From: Candidatus Zixiibacteriota bacterium
GTDB taxonomy: Bacteria > RBG-13-66-14 > B26-G2 > WVWN01
Assembly (NCBI GenBank): GCA_050117845.1
Contig: JASFLY010000022.1
Coordinates: forward strand, 1 to 48,287
Direction of reading: 5' to 3'
Length of the DNA: 48,287 nucleotides
The first letter of the stretch is position 1. Each line of letters starts with the position of its first letter. Below, piece by piece: positions 45,118-48,287 of this stretch. A model generated the notes under the pieces. That model saw nothing but the letters and a program-made list of their open reading frames with translations, was not told the DNA's origin and made no database searches. Both the position numbers and the translations under genes were made by a program.

Positions 45118-46944
45118 TTATTGGATGTAGCCTAGCGCCCGGAGGTCGGCCTCCGCTCCCACTTCCATCGGCGTTCGGTCCACCGATTCCCTCTTCTTGG
45201 TAAGCCGCTTCCACTGTTGGATGCGGGCCCGAAGGCGAGCGGAAACGTCGTCCTCCGGGAGGGGGTGGAGTTCGCCCGGGTCCTCCTCCAGATCGAAGAA
45301 TTTCCCCGGCTTGCTCATGTCCTCGTGGAGGACAATTAACTTATAGGGCCAGGAGATGATGGCGTCTTCCCGCCCTTCCGCGGCGACGTGTTTCGTAAAT
45401 TCGCTGCCGACGAAGATGGGTTTGGGGATGGCTTCCTCGTCCGATAGAGGGAGGGGTTTGCCCTGCATTCCGGGAGGCCGGGGCAGGCTCGCCAGTTCCA
45501 AAAGCGTGGCGGCGAGGTCCACCTGGCTGACCGGCGTCGCAACTTCCCCGGCCGGCCGGTTCGGAACCGAGATAAGCATCGGGACGTGAATGACCGGTTC
45601 GTAAACCGTTTTGCCGTGCTCCCAGGTGCCGTGCTCCCAGAACTCCTCGCCGTGGTCGCCGGTTATCACGACGATGGTATTGCGGTCGGCCTCGAGGCGG
45701 GGGAGAATCCGTTCGCCCAGTAGGTCGTCCATGAACGTGCATTCATTGAGGTAGAGGCGGTGGTGCGGGTCCCGGCGCCAGCGCCAGTGCCGGTAGAACG
45801 GCTCGATGTATCTCTCGTCGCTCGGTCGGTAGTAGCCCGGGGGCGGCGTGTACGGCGAGTGCGGGTCCATGTAGTGGACCCAGAGGAAGTAGGGCCGGCG
45901 GCGGGGTTCGTCGAGGAAACGTTCGAAGCGGTTTGTGAGCTCAACGCTCGTCTCCCAACCGAGCGGCACCTCTATCGCGGTCCGCACCGCGGGGCCGTAC
46001 CAGTTGGTGTGGAAGAAATGGAGACGCTGGAGGACGGGCGGCCACGACCAGAAGCTGTAGTCGTCGAATCCCTCGCAGATGGTGTGCTGGCGGTCTATAA
46101 GGCGGTTGGCCACCAGCGCCGTCGTGTCGTAGCCGGCGTTTCGGAATACCTGGGCGACCGTCGGACAAACGACGTCCCGGCCCGGGCCGGAACGGTAGCC
46201 GTGGGAATCCACGTACATCCCGGTGAAGATGCTGCCCATCGACGGGATGGTCCACGAGGCGCAGGACCGCGCCTGCGTATAACTCACGGCGTTCCGCTCC
46301 GCGTACGCGCGGAGTTCGGGCGTTACGGAATCGTTGAACGCGTCCGCCCGCCACGCGTCCAAAATAATAACGACGACGTTCGGGCCGTGGGGAACGGGCC
46401 GCGTCGCCCGGGCCACGTTGTACCCCACCAGTACGCCGAAGAAGCCCACGACGCCGGCGACCAGGCCCCAGCGGCCTACGTAACGCCACCATCGGCGGCC
46501 GGTGACGAAGCGGCCCAGGAGGAGGGCCAGGGCCGCGGCCGCGACCAGGGCCGCGCCCCAATAGATAAAAAACGGTACGGGTTCGTTTATCTTCGACGCG
46601 AGCGCGCCGCCGTAGCCTGCCGCCAGGAACCATCCCAGGCTTGAGGCGAGGACGGCGCCGCCGGCGATAGCCGGCCTCCAGCGCGCCGGCCCGGGCGGTA
46701 ATAAATCCTTTTTACGTAACAGGCGAAACGCGCCGGCCGCGAGGGCGGCCGCGACGCTCGCGGCCAGGACGACGGCTGTGTAGAAGATAACCCGGCCGTA
46801 GGCCGACGCCAGGATGCTGTCCGGTTGCCATACGCCGGCCGGCCTCCAGAAGCGGTTTAAGAGCGCCTCCGAGGTTCCCCATAAAAAAGCCGCGGCGGCA
46901 ACGAAGGCCGCCCCGATCGAGATTCTTCTAATCGCGCTTAGTAT
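45118..46944 (-). CDS. Membrane-anchored sulfatase-like hydrolase/transferase (Thr-type), paralog 1
   Basis: PNVVVIILDAWRAD, WTIPS, HYMDPHSPY, GDHGEEF, EHG, LRALGY. The frame is open for 165 hydrophobic codons upstream of the ORF-track GTG, back to ATA 46944 preceded by GGAGGGG. Confidence 0.85.
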   Translation of the reverse strand: MLSAIRRISIGAAFVAAAAFLWGTSEALLNRFWRPAGVWQPDSILASAYGRVIFYTAVVLAASVAAALAAGAFRLLRKKDLLPPGPARWRPAIAGGAVLASSLGWFLAAGYGGALASKINEPVPFFIYWGAALVAAAALALLLGRFVTGRRWWRYVGRWGLVAGVVGFFGVLVGYNVARATRPVPHGPNVVVIILDAWRADAFNDSVTPELRAYAERNAVSYTQARSCASWTIPSMGSIFTGMYVDSHGYRSGPGRDVVCPTVAQVFRNAGYDTTALVANRLIDRQHTICEGFDDYSFWSWPPVLQRLHFFHTNWYGPAVRTAIEVPLGWETSVELTNRFERFLDEPRRRPYFLWVHYMDPHSPYTPPPGYYRPSDERYIEPFYRHWRWRRDPHHRLYLNECTFMDDLLGERILPRLEADRNTIVVITGDHGEEFWEHGTWEHGKTVYEPVIHVPMLISVPNRPAGEVATPVSQVDLAATLLELASLPRPPGMQGKPLPLSDEEAIPKPIFVGSEFTKHVAAEGREDAIISWPYKLIVLHEDMSKPGKFFDLEEDPGELHPLPEDDVSARLRARIQQWKRLTKKRESVDRTPMEVGAEADLRALGYIQ

Positions 46945-46978
46945 GGTACGCCCCTCCGTTATACGACGGCATCCCCGA

Positions 46979-48286
46979 TCACTGGATGTATCCCAGCGCC
47001 CGAAGGTCGGCCTCGCTCGCCACGTCCACCGGCGTCCGATCGACGGCCCTGCGGTTTACGGTGTCCCGTTTCCACTGCTGGATGCGGGCGCGAAGCCGGG
47101 CGGCGGTTTCGTCCTCGGGGAGGGGGTTTTCCTCTAAACGGTCCCGACTCAGGTCGTAGAATTCGCCGGGTTGGCTCATGTCTTCGTGGCGGACGATGAG
47201 TTTATACGGCCAGGCGATTACGGCGTCTTTCCGCTCCTCGGGGTCGAGGGGCTTGGTGAACATACTCCCGACGAACGTGGGTTTAATTTTGGCTTCGGCG
47301 TCCGAGAAAGGGAGGGGTTTGCCCTGCATCGACGGGGGTATTTTCAGGCCGGCCAATTTGAGTATCGTCGGCGCCAGGTCGATTTGGCTGACGGGAGCGT
47401 TGACCACCGCCGGCGTCTGGCCCGGTACCGAGATAAGCATCGGGACGCGAATAACCGGTTCGTAAACCGATTTTCCGTGTTCCACGACGCCGTGCTCCCA
47501 GAACTCCTCGCCGTGATCGCCCGTGATTATAACGATGGTATTATCGTCCTCGGCCAATTTGGGGAGGATCCTCCACCCCAAAAGGTCGTCCATGTAGGTG
47601 CACTCGTTGAGGTAGAGCCGGTGATGGCCGAAACGCCGCCATTTCTTATTGGGTTTATACTTGCGGAGGAAGAACTCGTCCCGCGGCAGGTAATAGCCGG
47701 GGGGCGGCGTGTAGGGCGAATGCGGGTCCATGTAGTGGACCCAGAGGAAATAAGGCCGACTCCGCGGCTGGTTCAGGAACCGATCGAACTGGACCGTTAA
47801 TTCCCGGCTCGTCTCCCAACCGAGCGGTATCTCGGTAACCGTCCGCATGGCGGGCCCGTACCAGTTGGTGTGGAAGAAGTGGAGGCCGCGGAGGAGGGGC
47901 GGCCAGGACCAGAAGCGGTAGTCGTCGAAACCCTCGCAAATGGTATGTTGGCGGTCTATGAGACGGTTGGCCACGAGAGCCGTGGTGTCGTAGCCGGCGT
48001 TTCGGAACAGCTGGGCGAGCGTCGGGCTTACCTCGTCGCGGCACGGGCCGGAGCGGTAGGCGTGGGAGTCCACGTATTGCCCGGTGAAGATGGAGCTCAT
48101 GGACGGTACGGTCCACGAGGCGCAGGACCTAGCCTGCTTATAATATACGCAGTTATTCTCCCCGAAGGAGTAGAGGTTGGGCGTCAATGTATCGTAAAAG
48201 GCGTCCGCCCGCCACGCGTCCAGTACGATAAATACGACGTTCGGGCCGTGGGGAACGGGCCGCGTCGCCCGGGCGACGTGCTGGCC
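46979..48286 (-). CDS. Sulfatase-like hydrolase/transferase (Thr-type), paralog 2, 5' end beyond window
   Basis: Frame open to the window edge (…VARATRPVPHGPNVVFIVLDAWRAD…); colinear with and highly similar to 45118..46944. Confidence 0.9.
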   Translation of the reverse strand, partial: GQHVARATRPVPHGPNVVFIVLDAWRADAFYDTLTPNLYSFGENNCVYYKQARSCASWTVPSMSSIFTGQYVDSHAYRSGPCRDEVSPTLAQLFRNAGYDTTALVANRLIDRQHTICEGFDDYRFWSWPPLLRGLHFFHTNWYGPAMRTVTEIPLGWETSRELTVQFDRFLNQPRSRPYFLWVHYMDPHSPYTPPPGYYLPRDEFFLRKYKPNKKWRRFGHHRLYLNECTYMDDLLGWRILPKLAEDDNTIVIITGDHGEEFWEHGVVEHGKSVYEPVIRVPMLISVPGQTPAVVNAPVSQIDLAPTILKLAGLKIPPSMQGKPLPFSDAEAKIKPTFVGSMFTKPLDPEERKDAVIAWPYKLIVRHEDMSQPGEFYDLSRDRLEENPLPEDETAARLRARIQQWKRDTVNRRAVDRTPVDVASEADLRALGYIQ

Positions 48287-48287
48287 C

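Noticed and set aside
45118..48287. Nucleotide similarity between sulfatase-like genes as a DGR template/variable repeat pair
   Set aside because: Similarity spans whole genes, differences look largely synonymous and not adenine-specific, and no reverse transcriptase is present.

Overview
High-GC bacterial chromosome segment, apparently diderm (LolA, Sec/Tat lipoproteins); the taxon cannot be assigned from sequence alone. I see no tRNA/rRNA, CRISPR, transposase, integrase or phage genes. Core genes: rluD, rho, dnaX-ybaB, deoC and a long minus-strand run uppP-(TolB-like)-ftsK-lolA-rimO-pgsA-pgpA-(DUF2079-like)-cinA-thpR-recA-recX-PIN/TRAM-ispD. Many exported/envelope accessory genes are interleaved. 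Most notable is a tandem array behind rho: four divergent exported paralogs (SH3b-like domain, conserved helix, propeller-like repeats, variable loops), with an 18-bp direct repeat bracketing the first copy, followed by two paralogous Cys-containing beta-sandwich proteins. Other candidates: a CsgG/FlgO-vWA fusion divergent from LPP20/FlgT-like genes; eukaryote-like split LKR/SDH genes behind a terminator-containing leader; an apparently inactive Tat-lipoprotein of the alkaline phosphatase superfamily; duplicated Thr-type sulfatase-like genes (one seemingly starting at ATA); a carbohydrate-binding-like module shared by two unrelated proteins; matching recA and ydjM-like promoters; and an altered RecA adenine-contact motif. 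Two genes absent from the ORF track (a GT-C protein running off the left edge, a 59-aa YHS protein) were translated by hand. All family assignments are by motif recognition, not database search.
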